A DNA stretch of 64,000 nucleotides from NCBI GenBank assembly GCA_001778985.1, contig MFIU01000002.1, positions 139,930 to 203,929 on the forward strand, in the 5' to 3' direction. This document shows positions 46,160 to 56,855 of this stretch, piece after piece; the stretch's first letter is position 1, and each line of letters begins with the position of its first letter. Source of the stretch: Candidatus Giovannonibacteria bacterium RIFOXYD1_FULL_48_21 (lineage in GTDB: Bacteria; Patescibacteriota; Minisyncoccia; JACPKW01; UBA11713). A program made the position numbers and the translations under genes. Under the pieces are notes generated by a model. That model did not search any database. It was not told the origin of the DNA and was given only the letters and a program-made list of their open reading frames with translations.

Positions 46160-47159
46160 ACGGCAGTTTTACGCCGAGCCGCTCGCAATCCGCCTTCAGG
46201 ATAATTCTAACCAATTCCTTGAATTTCACTTTCGGCTCCCATCCTAATTTCGTCCTCGCTTTCGAAGCGTCTCCAACCAGCGTGTCTATTTCCACCGGCC
46301 GATAATAGATAGGGTCAATCCCGATATATTTTTCCCAATCGCCTATCCCGGCGGTTCGAAACGCCTCTTCGACAAATTCTTTTACGCTGTGATTCTCGCC
46401 GGTGGCAATCACGTAATCATCCGGTTCGTCCCGCTGGAGCATCCGCCACATGGCCTCGACGTATTCCGGCGCGTATCCCCAGTCCCTTTTCGCTTCCAGA
46501 TTGCCCAGATATATTTTTTTGCGCTGGCCGGCTAAAATTTCCGCGATACCCGTGGTGATTTTTCTGGTGACAAAATTCTCTCCCCGGCGCGGCGATTCAT
46601 GATTAAACAGGATGCCGCTTGAAACATGAAGTCCGTAGCCCTCGCGGTAGTTAAGGGCGGTTTGGTGCGCCAAAACTTTCGCGACGCCGTAGGGGCTCAC
46701 GGGGTTAAAGGGCGTTTGTTCATTTTGCGGGTTTTCTTTCGCGCGTCCGAACATTTCGGAAGAAGAAGCCTGGTAAAAGCGACTTTTAAATCCGTTTTCG
46801 CGCAAGGCCTCCAAAAGCCTAAGCGTGCCGAGGGCCACCGTATTGGTCGTGTATTCGGGAATCTCAAAGCTGATGCGCACATGGCTCTGCGCTCCCAAGT
46901 TGTAAATCTCGTCCGGCTTTATGGCGGCGAGCAGATGAATCAGACTGCCCGCGTCAGTCAAATCGCCGTGGTGCAGAATCAGCTGATTCAAGTGCCGCTG
47001 GGCATCCTTGTAAAGATGTTCGATTCGAGCGCGGTTATAAATGCTGGTGCGCCTGACCAACCCGTGCACTTCGTATCCTTTCTCCAGCAAAAGTTCGGCA
47101 AGGTATGAACCATCCTGGCCGGTGATGCCGGTGATTAGGGCTTTTTTAGCTTTATTCAT
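46140..47159 (-). CDS. gmd: GDP-mannose 4,6-dehydratase
   Basis: [30 protein letters not shown] motifs; full-length Gmd. Confidence 0.9.
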   Translation of the reverse strand: MNKAKKALITGITGQDGSYLAELLLEKGYEVHGLVRRTSIYNRARIEHLYKDAQRHLNQLILHHGDLTDAGSLIHLLAAIKPDEIYNLGAQSHVRISFEIPEYTTNTVALGTLRLLEALRENGFKSRFYQASSSEMFGRAKENPQNEQTPFNPVSPYGVAKVLAHQTALNYREGYGLHVSSGILFNHESPRRGENFVTRKITTGIAEILAGQRKKIYLGNLEAKRDWGYAPEYVEAMWRMLQRDEPDDYVIATGENHSVKEFVEEAFRTAGIGDWEKYIGIDPIYYRPVEIDTLVGDASKARTKLGWEPKVKFKELVRIILKADCERLGVKLPYENQTG

Positions 47160-47163
47160 CGTT

Positions 47164-48882
47164 CTAATCTTTAACTAAAGTAATAATAGTCCAGTCTCGG
47201 CCTCTGACGCTAATCTTATTTTTTGCGGCGCTAACCTTAAATCGCTTCTCAATTAAACGCAGAAGTTCGGGGTCGCGTTCTTCAGGTATCTCGCGTTCTG
47301 ATTCCGGAAACATTATCACCGCGGGCGGCTCATTCCTGCTTTCTCCGGTAACGATGTCGCGGGTGGGTTCATAGATGGGCGGAAAAGTTTTTCGCCACCA
47401 AAGGTATAAATTCGAAAGCCGCTGATGCTTTTGAAGAAATTCCGGCAAGGGATAATCAGCCGCGTCCAGAAGCGCTCCGGCGGTTCGAAAATGAAAGAAT
47501 CCGGCCTCGCCGAAATATTGAGTCAACTCCTCGTCAAAGGCGTTAAGAGCATGGCGATGGTTTCCCCAATAGTGGAAAGACGCCTCGCCGTAGGCGTATT
47601 TTGAATCAGTGGTCCAAATGGCATACTTGCCATCCGGTATCAAAGCGTTCAGTTCTTTTTCGGTTTCTTCCATGGCGGCCAGACTGGTTTGAATCAGTCG
47701 GTTTCGATATAAAACATGTCCGCTTATTGATTCAATTAAGAGCAAAACTCCTAATGCCGCGAGAAAAAAACGCCATTTTGTCGAACCAAGGTTCGGCAGG
47801 TTCGACAAAGTTATCTGGGCAAGAAACGGCAGGATAACGAGCGCGGGCGCCGTGTTTCTGACGATAACCCCGAGCTCTTCTCCCGCCGCCAGATTAGAAG
47901 AAATATCGCCGAGAGAAACCAATGAATAAGCCAGGGCGCAGATTCCCAAGAAGGAAAAAGAGGAACGAGCTAAGACCGCGCTCTCGTTTCGGCGCCGCAT
48001 TATAAAATCGACAAGAGTTATTAGAAAAATAAAGATAAGAGCGAGAATAGTGAAAACAAAAATTGGCCTTACGGTCAAAAACGTGTAAATATTAGAGCCG
48101 AGGGTGACGAGGAAATACCGAAGACCGGAGGAGGCGATGTTATCGCGCAAAAGCGAAGAGTTGATGATGGCCGGCAGACGATACAGCACCGGGGATACAA
48201 AGACAAGAAAAGCGCCGAGCGCCAAAAACGGCAGAGAAAAAATAACTCGAAGTTCCGCTCGATTCTTGTTGAGAAAAGCGGAGAAAAGAAGCGAAAACCA
48301 GAGTGGTATTATCAAAAGTAAAAATGAATATTTGATCGCGATGACAAATCCAAATAAAATTCCGCCCAGGACAAGAAACCAGACCGGCTTTTTTTCTTTC
48401 GAGAGCAAAATCCAGATGAGGCTTGCGAGCGGCAGACCCAAAGCCACAATCACTGCGTCAGACCCGAGATAGTTTTGATAAGTAAGAAAAGACGGAAAAG
48501 ACATAACCAAAGCCAAGAGGAAAAATGAAACGCCGAAATCAAGATGTTTCAGAATAAACCAGATAAAAATTAGAAGGGCGGAAAAATTAAAAAGCATGAG
48601 GAAAAGATAACCCAAATCCAGAAAGCGCTGGGTGTCGGCCAGATCGTCGCCCGCCAGAAGCATCAATTTGCTCAAGAAATAATAAAGCGGCGTGCCCGGA
48701 TGCTGAACAAAATAAGACGGGAGGTCGCGGTACATGAGGCGGGCATTATAGTAATAATCATTTTCGAGGTCGGTGGTTTGAATATAGTAAGGCCGCGGCA
48801 CTAAAACCGCCGCATAAAGAAAAAGGGCGGCAAGATACAAAGCCGCCAGAAAAATAAGCGCCGGGACTTTCAATTTCTCCAT
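47164..48882 (-). CDS. GT-C-fold-like polytopic membrane protein (ArnT/PMT-like putative glycosyltransferase)
   Basis: About 12 TM helices followed by a ~190-aa soluble C-terminal domain; no WWDYG motif, so not a PglB/STT3 oligosaccharyltransferase. Confidence 0.45.
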   Translation of the reverse strand: MEKLKVPALIFLAALYLAALFLYAAVLVPRPYYIQTTDLENDYYYNARLMYRDLPSYFVQHPGTPLYYFLSKLMLLAGDDLADTQRFLDLGYLFLMLFNFSALLIFIWFILKHLDFGVSFFLLALVMSFPSFLTYQNYLGSDAVIVALGLPLASLIWILLSKEKKPVWFLVLGGILFGFVIAIKYSFLLLIIPLWFSLLFSAFLNKNRAELRVIFSLPFLALGAFLVFVSPVLYRLPAIINSSLLRDNIASSGLRYFLVTLGSNIYTFLTVRPIFVFTILALIFIFLITLVDFIMRRRNESAVLARSSFSFLGICALAYSLVSLGDISSNLAAGEELGVIVRNTAPALVILPFLAQITLSNLPNLGSTKWRFFLAALGVLLLIESISGHVLYRNRLIQTSLAAMEETEKELNALIPDGKYAIWTTDSKYAYGEASFHYWGNHRHALNAFDEELTQYFGEAGFFHFRTAGALLDAADYPLPEFLQKHQRLSNLYLWWRKTFPPIYEPTRDIVTGESRNEPPAVIMFPESEREIPEERDPELLRLIEKRFKVSAAKNKISVRGRDWTIITLVKD

Positions 48883-48893
48883 CTCTCTAAAAT

Positions 48894-50723
48894 TTACACT
48901 ATTTTATTTATCTTGTAAAAATAAGAGTCTTTGGCTTTCAGAAGTTCTTGGGGCGGGCCTTCTTCCTGAACCCGTCCTTCTTGAAGCACTAAAAGTCTGT
49001 CCGCTTTCAGGATGGTGGAAACGCGATGGGCTATTGCCATAATAGTAACATCTCCTTTTAAACGCTCCAGAGCTTTCTGAATCAGGGCTTCAGATTCGGC
49101 ATCCAGAGCGCTCGTGGCTTCGTCTAAAATTAAAATGGCCGGTTTTCGCGCCAAGGCCCGCGCCAAAGCAATTCTCTGTTTTTCGCCCCCGGAAAGCCTG
49201 ACGCCCCGCTCGCCCAAAACGGTGTTAAAACCATTTTCCAACTTCCCAATAAATTCATAAATATTCGCCAGTTTGGCCGCGCGCTCTGTATCAGCTTGGG
49301 TTATGCTTTCGTCATAAAACTTTATATTTTGGGCCACCGTGTCATTCAGCAAAAAAATATCCTGCGAAACGTATCCGATATTCCGGCGCCATTCGCTTAA
49401 TTTAATTTCTCTTAGGTCAACTCCGTCCAAGAGAATCTCTCCGGATTGCGGCTGGAAAAGCCGAAGCAGTAAATCAACCACCGTGGTTTTTCCGGCGCCG
49501 GAAGGGCCGATGATCCCGATGAATTCTCCTCTTTTTATCTCAAAGCTTACCTCTTTCAAAACAGGCGTCCTCGCATCGTAAGAGAATCTGACGTCTTTAA
49601 ATTCCAATTTACTTTCAAGAGAGAAATCTCGCACGCCCGCATCTTGCTCCTGATTCTTCTCAATCTTATTCTCTAGAGAAACCACGTTAACTAAATATGG
49701 AATGAAATCGTTGACGGTGTGAATGGATTTTTGGGCGGTGTTTACGTGAATAAATATGCGCTGAATTAGATAAACCGTGGCAGCGAAAATAGCCAAATTA
49801 AAGCCGGGTTGAGCGTAGGAAATAGCAAATACAATAATAATAAATAAAATGCTCAGGGGCGACACAAGCGACCCGAAAATATTCTTCACGACAGCTTGAC
49901 GCAAGGTAATTTCCCGAACCTTTCTAAAAAATTCCCTCCCTCTATCGGCCACGCTTCTTTCCGCGCCGGCGACCTTAATGGTTTTTATTCCCGAAACATG
50001 CTCGTTGATGTGGTGCGCAATGTCTTTGTTAAACACCGTCTGCCATTTGGTATAAAGCCTGGTTCTTTGCATAAAAAACTGCGCAATCACAAAAATGGCC
50101 AAACCAACAGACAGGGTGATAAGCGCGATGCGATAAGAAATACTGATTGCCACCACGGCATAGACCGCCAGCATGCTTAGATCCAAAATAAGAGAGATTA
50201 ACTCCCCCATTAATTTGGCGGACATCCGGATATCCAGCATCAAAGTATTTTCCAGATGCCCAATTTTTTGTTTTAAAAGGTAGGGCCAATCGGCAGCGAG
50301 CGCCTTCTGGTAAAGCCGATTCCTAGTTTCAAATTCGAAAGAGGTGCCGACACTGGTGCCAATATAAGCAAATAAAACAGACAAACCAGCTTTGGCGGCA
50401 AAGAAAATCGGTACCAGGGTCAAAAGCCAAACCATGTCATAATTAACTTCCCCCAGCCAGTTTTTTAAAAAAACAACAAAAAACTCCGGCCGCAAATTAA
50501 CCAAATAGGCAAAAAATGATTTTATAATCCCGGAGAGAGTATCCGTCTCCAGCACGCTTTCTCCCACCACAATGGAAAAAATAGGAATCAGCATGCTGAT
50601 GCCGATTGATTCCAAAAAACCGCTCAAGAGCCCGAGCGCGGCCAAAAGCAGAATATAAAATTTATAGCCGCCGAAAAGGCGGCCAAAAAGATTTAGGGCA
50701 AACTTAACCCGTCTGCGAAGCAT
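48894..50723 (-). CDS. ABC exporter, fused permease-ATPase (MsbA/PglK-like)
   Basis: 6-TM domain followed by Walker A GPSGAGKTT, signature LSGGEKQRIALARAL, Walker B ILILDEATSALD. Confidence 0.9.
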   Translation of the reverse strand: MLRRRVKFALNLFGRLFGGYKFYILLLAALGLLSGFLESIGISMLIPIFSIVVGESVLETDTLSGIIKSFFAYLVNLRPEFFVVFLKNWLGEVNYDMVWLLTLVPIFFAAKAGLSVLFAYIGTSVGTSFEFETRNRLYQKALAADWPYLLKQKIGHLENTLMLDIRMSAKLMGELISLILDLSMLAVYAVVAISISYRIALITLSVGLAIFVIAQFFMQRTRLYTKWQTVFNKDIAHHINEHVSGIKTIKVAGAERSVADRGREFFRKVREITLRQAVVKNIFGSLVSPLSILFIIIVFAISYAQPGFNLAIFAATVYLIQRIFIHVNTAQKSIHTVNDFIPYLVNVVSLENKIEKNQEQDAGVRDFSLESKLEFKDVRFSYDARTPVLKEVSFEIKRGEFIGIIGPSGAGKTTVVDLLLRLFQPQSGEILLDGVDLREIKLSEWRRNIGYVSQDIFLLNDTVAQNIKFYDESITQADTERAAKLANIYEFIGKLENGFNTVLGERGVRLSGGEKQRIALARALARKPAILILDEATSALDAESEALIQKALERLKGDVTIMAIAHRVSTILKADRLLVLQEGRVQEEGPPQELLKAKDSYFYKINKIV

Positions 50724-50748
50724 ACTTTATATAACTCCGGGGTGAAGG

Positions 50749-51885
50749 TCAAGTTCTCAAAGTCGCCTCGCGAACCGCGGCTTTAACGCCAGCAACGATA
50801 TAATCCAGGTCTTTTCGCGTGAGCCACCAGCCGCACGGAATATTGAGCATTCTTGAGCAAAAATCGTCCACGCCCAGGAGATCATCTCGCCTCCACGTTT
50901 TAAAAAGCGAGTAATTGTCATTGCGAGTATGCACTATTCCGTTTCCAATGCCTCTTTCGCGAAGAGCTTTGGAAAATTCGGCTCGATAATTCTCGTCAGG
51001 AAGCTTAATGGTGAAAAGCCAAAAACTGGATTTTCCGCCCGGCGTGGTTTTGGGCAGTGCTATTTCCTTAATCCCGCGAAGATGCTCTAAAAGATAACTC
51101 GCGTTTTTTTGATATTTAGCGACGATTTTTGGCATATATTTTAATTGCTCTATGCCAATCGTCCCGTTAACGTCGTTCATGTGCATTTTATAGCCGGGTT
51201 CCATAACATCGCCCGACCATTTTATCGGGTCGCTGGTGCTGCTTCTGGCGTTGCCATACCAGCGAAGCAAAATCGCGCGCCGATATTCTTCCGGGGTCTT
51301 AACCGCAACCGCTCCGCCATCTACCGTGGTGAGATGTTTTATGGCCTGAAAAGAAAAACAAACGTAATCAGAGTGATTGCCAATATATTTCCCGTCATAT
51401 TTTGTTCCAAAAGCATGAGCGGCATCTTCTATCACTTTAAGATTGTGCTTTTTGGCGATTTTAGAAATTGATTTCAAATCAACCGGATTGCCAGCCCAAT
51501 GAACCACCACAATGGCCTTAGTCCTGGGAGTGATTCGCTTTTCTACAGAGGGCGGATCGATATTGCCGGTTGTTTTATCTATATCCGCCCAAATAATCTT
51601 TGCCCCGGTCAGCATTATCGGCTCATTAGTGGCAAGGCAAGTCATTGGCGTGGATATAACTTCGTCGCCGGGTCCGAAACCGGCCAGCCGGTAGGCCAAA
51701 GACAAGGCGCTCGTGCCGCTGTTTACCAACGCCACATTAGGATTCCCTATATATTCTTGGAACTTTTTTTCGAATTCATGAGATTTTTCGCCCTCGCTTA
51801 TATATCCGGACAATAAAATTTTGCCGAGCGGCTTTAGAACCGACTTCGGCATATGCACTTTAAACAAAGGAATTTGACGCTTCAT
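50749..51885 (-). CDS. DegT/DnrJ/EryC1-family sugar aminotransferase (PLP-Lys present)
   Basis: SFQAIKHLTTVDGG with the conserved Lys. Confidence 0.85.
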   Translation of the reverse strand: MKRQIPLFKVHMPKSVLKPLGKILLSGYISEGEKSHEFEKKFQEYIGNPNVALVNSGTSALSLAYRLAGFGPGDEVISTPMTCLATNEPIMLTGAKIIWADIDKTTGNIDPPSVEKRITPRTKAIVVVHWAGNPVDLKSISKIAKKHNLKVIEDAAHAFGTKYDGKYIGNHSDYVCFSFQAIKHLTTVDGGAVAVKTPEEYRRAILLRWYGNARSSTSDPIKWSGDVMEPGYKMHMNDVNGTIGIEQLKYMPKIVAKYQKNASYLLEHLRGIKEIALPKTTPGGKSSFWLFTIKLPDENYRAEFSKALRERGIGNGIVHTRNDNYSLFKTWRRDDLLGVDDFCSRMLNIPCGWWLTRKDLDYIVAGVKAAVREATLRT

Positions 51886-51929
51886 GTTTTAAACAATAAT
51901 CCTTTTTGCTATAATAATCAACGCATCTT

Positions 51930-53411
51930 ATGGCAAATCGCACCGTAATCTATACGGCAATATTCGGCAGCTACGATGAGTTACAAGAACCTGCGGCATT
52001 GCCGCCGGATTGCGATTTTATATGTTTTACCGATAAGCCCCAAAAATCAAAACACTGGCAAATTCGAATCATGGGAATGCCCGTGCCGGGCGACTTAACC
52101 CGCTCCAACCGCCGCATTAAGATGTTAGCGCACGAATATTTTCCGGAATACAAATACAGCGTGTATGTTGACGGCAATGTGCTCGTGCGCGGAGACGTAA
52201 ACGACCTCATTCGCGATTATCTCGCGAAGACAAACATGGCGCTGTATCGCCATGACAGCCGAGATTGCATCTATGACGAGGCGGAAGCCATTATTAAACT
52301 AGGTAAAGAGAAGGGGCGTTGGCAAGACGACCCTTTGGTCATCGAACGGCAGATGGCGCGCTACCGCGCCGAAAGATACCCCCCGCATAACGGGCTCGGT
52401 ACCACTTTGATACTGCTTAGGCGTCACAACGAACCGGACGTGCGGCAAGTTATGGAGGCATGGTGGAACATAGAGAGAGGCGAAAGCAAGCGCGACCAGC
52501 TTTCTTTTAACTACGCGGCCTGGAAACACAATTTTGCTTTTTCGTATATTTCAGGATACTCGCGCGACAACCCTTACTTTCTTCGCCATAGAGGCCATCA
52601 CAAGCCGCCCCAAAAAGGAATCAAGTCGTATTTAAAACGCGTCATCAGCGCCATCCGTCAGCGGGTGCGCTTTTGGAGCACGTACGGATTCCGGTTTTCC
52701 TGTCCATTCTGCGGATGGCGGGCGCAAAAGTTCTACACGCTTGGCCTCACTCACGCGGTGCTTGCGGAAAAGCAAGTGATTGGCGCCGGCAAACGCCAAA
52801 ACGCCAAATGTCCGAAATGCGGCTCCAAAGAACGAGAACGGCTCATATATCTTTATCTCAAACAATATGGTTGGTTCAATGTTGAAAAGCGCCGCGTGCT
52901 CCATGTGGCGCCTGAACGAAACCTTAGCCAGGCGCTTCAAGCAAAATACGGAGAATCGTACGTAAACACCAACTATAATCCGAAAAAAAATACATCAATT
53001 CACGCCGATATTCAGGCACTCCCCTTTCCAGATCAGTCATTTGATCTCATTATCTGCAGCCACGTGCTTGAGCATGTGGAAGACGACGCTCTAGCTATGC
53101 GAGAATTTTATCGCGTTTTAAAGACGCGTGGCCTCGCAATACTTCCAGTTCCATTTTCTCCCATGTTTAAAGAAACGCTTGAGGACGGTTCCGTTACCTC
53201 GCCGGAGGAGCGCGCACGAATTTTCGGACAAGAAGACCATGTTCGGCTCTATGGTACCGACTACCTGGGGCGGCTTCAAAACGCCGGCTTTAAAGCCTGC
53301 GCGCTTTTGCCGGAGCAATTTCTGACTTCAGGAGAAATCAAAAAAGCCGCGCTTAATCCGCGAGAGCCGCTCTTCCTTGCCGCTCGCGAAAAAAATCCAT
53401 GTCAGAGATGA
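51930..53411 (+). CDS. fusion of a DUF616 (TOD1/MUCI70-like putative glycosyltransferase) domain with a zinc-ribbon class-I SAM methyltransferase
   Basis: N-terminal VIYTAIFGSYDEL...DFICFTD DUF616 motifs; CPFCG...CPKCG zinc ribbon; C-terminal DLIICSHVLEHVEDD Methyltransf_11 motif; GC-rich. Confidence 0.65.
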   Translation: MANRTVIYTAIFGSYDELQEPAALPPDCDFICFTDKPQKSKHWQIRIMGMPVPGDLTRSNRRIKMLAHEYFPEYKYSVYVDGNVLVRGDVNDLIRDYLAKTNMALYRHDSRDCIYDEAEAIIKLGKEKGRWQDDPLVIERQMARYRAERYPPHNGLGTTLILLRRHNEPDVRQVMEAWWNIERGESKRDQLSFNYAAWKHNFAFSYISGYSRDNPYFLRHRGHHKPPQKGIKSYLKRVISAIRQRVRFWSTYGFRFSCPFCGWRAQKFYTLGLTHAVLAEKQVIGAGKRQNAKCPKCGSKERERLIYLYLKQYGWFNVEKRRVLHVAPERNLSQALQAKYGESYVNTNYNPKKNTSIHADIQALPFPDQSFDLIICSHVLEHVEDDALAMREFYRVLKTRGLAILPVPFSPMFKETLEDGSVTSPEERARIFGQEDHVRLYGTDYLGRLQNAGFKACALLPEQFLTSGEIKKAALNPREPLFLAAREKNPCQR

Positions 53412-54298
53412 AGCACATCGGAATTATTGGTATCGGATACCAAGGTAGAAAACTCGCCGATATTTTTTCTTCGCAAGCAGAAATTGTTATGTGCGCTTCG
53501 CGCGGTAATGCCGAACGCATTGCCGCATTGAAAAAACGCCATCCGTCAATTGCTGTAACGAATGATTATCGTGACCTACTTTCCGACAGCAAAATTGAGG
53601 GCGTTGTAATCGCCACACCGATTGATACCCATGCCGCGATGGCAAGCGAAGCGCTTAAGGCCGGCAAACACGTTTTTGTGGAAAAGCCGCTGGCGACTGA
53701 CAAAAAAACCGCCCGCGCCCTCGTCGAGGAAGCAGGCGCTCATAACCTAAGTATATTCACTGGGTACACATTTCTCTATCATCCCTGCTTTTTTGAGCTC
53801 CAGCGCATTCTTCGTGACCGCCCCATCGAGTCCTTATACGCCTCGTGGTACAAATGCGGCAGTTTTAATGAAGATATTTTATGGAATCTCCTCGTCCATG
53901 ATATCGCCATTGTGATAGCGCTTTGCGGCGAGCCGCGGAAACTTACGCTTGAAGGAACATACCGGGCTATAACAGACGCCGATGTCGCATACGTCCACGG
54001 CGTCTTCGGGAATAATACGCCAGCCACGTTCACAGTTGACCGCATTGCGCCGGTACGCTCAAAACTCATAGAGTTTGTTCTCGCTGACCGCATTGTAGCC
54101 TGGCACGGAGATACGCTCTCTATTTATGACAATGAAAGTAAAGAATACCGGGAACATTTTACATCTCCATCATCCGATGCGGCGTTAGAAAACGAAATCC
54201 AAATATTCCTTAAAAGCATGGGCAATCCCGCAATAGCGGCCGAAAACGCAAACATCAGCCTTTCCACCACCAGGGCGGTGGAACGCCTCAAGTCTTAA
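53399..54298 (+). CDS. Gfo/Idh/MocA-family oxidoreductase
   Basis: IGIIGIGYQG Rossmann motif and HVFVEKPLA EKP motif. Confidence 0.8.
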   Translation: MSEMKHIGIIGIGYQGRKLADIFSSQAEIVMCASRGNAERIAALKKRHPSIAVTNDYRDLLSDSKIEGVVIATPIDTHAAMASEALKAGKHVFVEKPLATDKKTARALVEEAGAHNLSIFTGYTFLYHPCFFELQRILRDRPIESLYASWYKCGSFNEDILWNLLVHDIAIVIALCGEPRKLTLEGTYRAITDADVAYVHGVFGNNTPATFTVDRIAPVRSKLIEFVLADRIVAWHGDTLSIYDNESKEYREHFTSPSSDAALENEIQIFLKSMGNPAIAAENANISLSTTRAVERLKS

Positions 54299-55340
54299 TG
54301 AGCTCGAGAATCTTATCAGCCGCCTCGACGCAGTTCCCTATCTTGCCGGAGAAAACCGTTATAATTTTATCGTTAATTTTTTCCACAATCGTGGGGCGGG
54401 CATCGGTATCTTCACGGCCGGGCAATACGGTTCGAAACGTATACATCGAGCCGATGTGTTCAGCCTTGCGGATATCCGGAAAAAATACTGCCGCCGATTC
54501 GATTATTTTTGAAAAAATTGTTAATGGGGGATCTTTTATAACCCCACGATTAAGAAGCGACCTAAATTCATCCGGAATAACCGGGTGTGTCCCGATATTC
54601 TGGGCGTGAATGGCGTGCACAACGTGCCCCATCACGAAGTAGCCGCTTCGCCCGAACGGGTCAAAACACGTAAACGGTCCGTCGAGCACAACCACGCTCT
54701 TGCGTGAAAAATTTTGCGGCAATTTTACGACAATTTTCTCGCACAATTCGTATTGATATGAGCGCAATTTGGAAACGTCAAACGCTTCTAAGACCGAGTT
54801 TATTCCCGCGTACGCCGCGACGACCACGAAATCGTAGTGTGATAACATCGAGCGCTCGGCGGGAGTATTGAGAACCAATCTGACCCCCTCTTTTTGAAGG
54901 CGATTTTTGATGCAGGAATAAAGAACTTTGGGGTCGATGGCGTTTTCATTCACTTCAACGCATAAAGCAACTTTCTCCGGCGCGATAACATCAAGACGCA
55001 CCTTGCGATATGGTAATTCAAACGCATCGCACATTTGTAAAAATTGTTCGGCGCTCGTCAAAGAATTCTCTGCGGCAATGCAGTGATAGTGCGTGTTGCC
55101 AGTAATGACCGCCTCCGGATATTCACGCGTAAACGCTTCGGCGCTTGCCTTACACGACTGGATTGTCTCTCGGCTCCTCGGATAGTGATATCCTTGATGG
55201 AGTCGATACTGATTAATTTGCGACGCAGCGTTCAAAATATCCCCACTTTTATCAATCAGGTCCACATCATAGCCCGCTTTTGCAAGCCGGATGGCGGCCG
55301 TAGCTCCAAAAACGCCAGCACCAATTACGCCGATACGCAT
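54288..55340 (-). CDS. FAD-dependent oxidoreductase
   Basis: MRIGVIGAGVFG dinucleotide-binding motif at the likely true start (the ORF track extends 15 codons upstream). Confidence 0.65.
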   Translation of the reverse strand: MRIGVIGAGVFGATAAIRLAKAGYDVDLIDKSGDILNAASQINQYRLHQGYHYPRSRETIQSCKASAEAFTREYPEAVITGNTHYHCIAAENSLTSAEQFLQMCDAFELPYRKVRLDVIAPEKVALCVEVNENAIDPKVLYSCIKNRLQKEGVRLVLNTPAERSMLSHYDFVVVAAYAGINSVLEAFDVSKLRSYQYELCEKIVVKLPQNFSRKSVVVLDGPFTCFDPFGRSGYFVMGHVVHAIHAQNIGTHPVIPDEFRSLLNRGVIKDPPLTIFSKIIESAAVFFPDIRKAEHIGSMYTFRTVLPGREDTDARPTIVEKINDKIITVFSGKIGNCVEAADKILELIKT

Positions 55341-55344
55341 ATTT

Positions 55345-55899
55345 TTAAAAATAATCTGACTCCGGACGTTTAAGCCATTCGCCAAATGTCCCGGCGGTTT
55401 TATCTTTCTCCGACAAAATCGGATTTTTTACGGGCCACTCTATCCCAATATCCGGGTCGTTCCATAAAATCCCGGACTCCGCCTGGCTGTTGTATAAACC
55501 TGTGCACCTATATTGTATTTCGGCGGTATCGGATAAAACAAAAAAACCTCGGGCAAAACCAGCGGGAGCATACACTTGTTTTCTGTTCTCCGCGCTCGCC
55601 TCCACGCCGAACCACCTGCCAAGAGTTTTTGATTTTTTACGTATGTCGACCGCGACCAAAAAAGCCTTTCCTTGCGTTACTCGCATCAATTTACCCATAG
55701 GCGGACTCCACTGAAAGTGCAAACCCCTTAAAACATTTTTCACGGAGCGCGAATGATTGTCTTGCACAAACTCCGAATCTATTCCAAACTCTTTAAACTT
55801 ATCTTTTCGGTATACTTCCATAAAAAAACCTCTCTCATCCTCGAAAACAGACGGAACGACAACATATAAATCTTCAATTGGCGTCTTTTCTACTTTCAT
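55345..55899 (-). CDS. dTDP/NDP-4-keto-6-deoxy-sugar 3,5-epimerase (RmlC-like cupin)
   Basis: FEDERGFFME...RGLHFQ...GKLMRV and YAPAGFARGF motifs of the RmlC family. Confidence 0.85.
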   Translation of the reverse strand: MKVEKTPIEDLYVVVPSVFEDERGFFMEVYRKDKFKEFGIDSEFVQDNHSRSVKNVLRGLHFQWSPPMGKLMRVTQGKAFLVAVDIRKKSKTLGRWFGVEASAENRKQVYAPAGFARGFFVLSDTAEIQYRCTGLYNSQAESGILWNDPDIGIEWPVKNPILSEKDKTAGTFGEWLKRPESDYF

Positions 55900-56855
55900 T
55901 CTTTAAACAATTTCTTAAAAATTTTAATGTTGTAGAAACGATCCTGGTCAAAATTGAAATTTTTTCCGAGGCACTTATCCAATTCTTCGAGAACGTTTTC
56001 AACTGAACCTTGAAAATTGATTCCCAGCACTTCTTTGGCTTTTTTATTCGAGACTCGGTAATTCCTTATGTCCGGAGTATTATTTATTTCCAACTTCACC
56101 TCGGCTCCGTGCTTTCGTCCAAAATAATCTTTGACTTTATCTGCGGCTTCTCCAACCTGAAAATTCGCGGAAGCCACGTTGAATACTCCGTTAATCCCTA
56201 AAGGTGCCTCCAGGGCTTTGAGGTAAGCTTCAACGGCATCAGAGATAGCTAAGAGCGGCCGCCAGATCGCGGGGTTGTTTACTGTAATCTTATTTTCCGT
56301 TACTGCTTTCATGTACATCGTATTGATAAATAAATCAAAGCGCATGCGGGGGCTGAAGCCGGAGAGAGTCCCTTGCCGCAGACAGATTACAGAGAAATTG
56401 CGGTCAATCAGTTGTAAGGCTCCCAAACCTCCCTGCAATTTGGATATGCTGTAAGGATAAACGCCTCTGGGCGCGTAGTTTTCATCTATCTCCTCTCCGT
56501 CAGTAAAACCGTAAACTGAGCAGGAATCAGCGTAAATGAATCTTTTTACTCCGGCGTGCTTAGCTAGGTAAGCCGCGTGCGCGGGAGCGGAGGCGTTAGC
56601 GATAAAATTTAAATGCGGAGAATACTCCGCCATTGGATCATTGGAAAGGCCGGCTAGAAATATAACGGCGTCAAATCCGCGCATAAAATCAGCCCGCAAA
56701 GAAAGGGAATCTTGTTGAACCACCCTTACGGCCGCGGGCAGGTAATTTCCAAACCAAAGCTGGTCCACCACCACTATCTCGTGGCCGGCTCTGACAAGCT
56801 CTGGTATTAGCCGAGAACCAATATATCCTGCTCCGCCTACAACTAAAATTTTCAT
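55896..56855 (-). CDS. NAD-dependent epimerase/dehydratase (extended SDR)
   Basis: ILVVGGAGYIGS, YSISK motifs. Confidence 0.8.
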   Translation of the reverse strand: MKILVVGGAGYIGSRLIPELVRAGHEIVVVDQLWFGNYLPAAVRVVQQDSLSLRADFMRGFDAVIFLAGLSNDPMAEYSPHLNFIANASAPAHAAYLAKHAGVKRFIYADSCSVYGFTDGEEIDENYAPRGVYPYSISKLQGGLGALQLIDRNFSVICLRQGTLSGFSPRMRFDLFINTMYMKAVTENKITVNNPAIWRPLLAISDAVEAYLKALEAPLGINGVFNVASANFQVGEAADKVKDYFGRKHGAEVKLEINNTPDIRNYRVSNKKAKEVLGINFQGSVENVLEELDKCLGKNFNFDQDRFYNIKIFKKLFKE

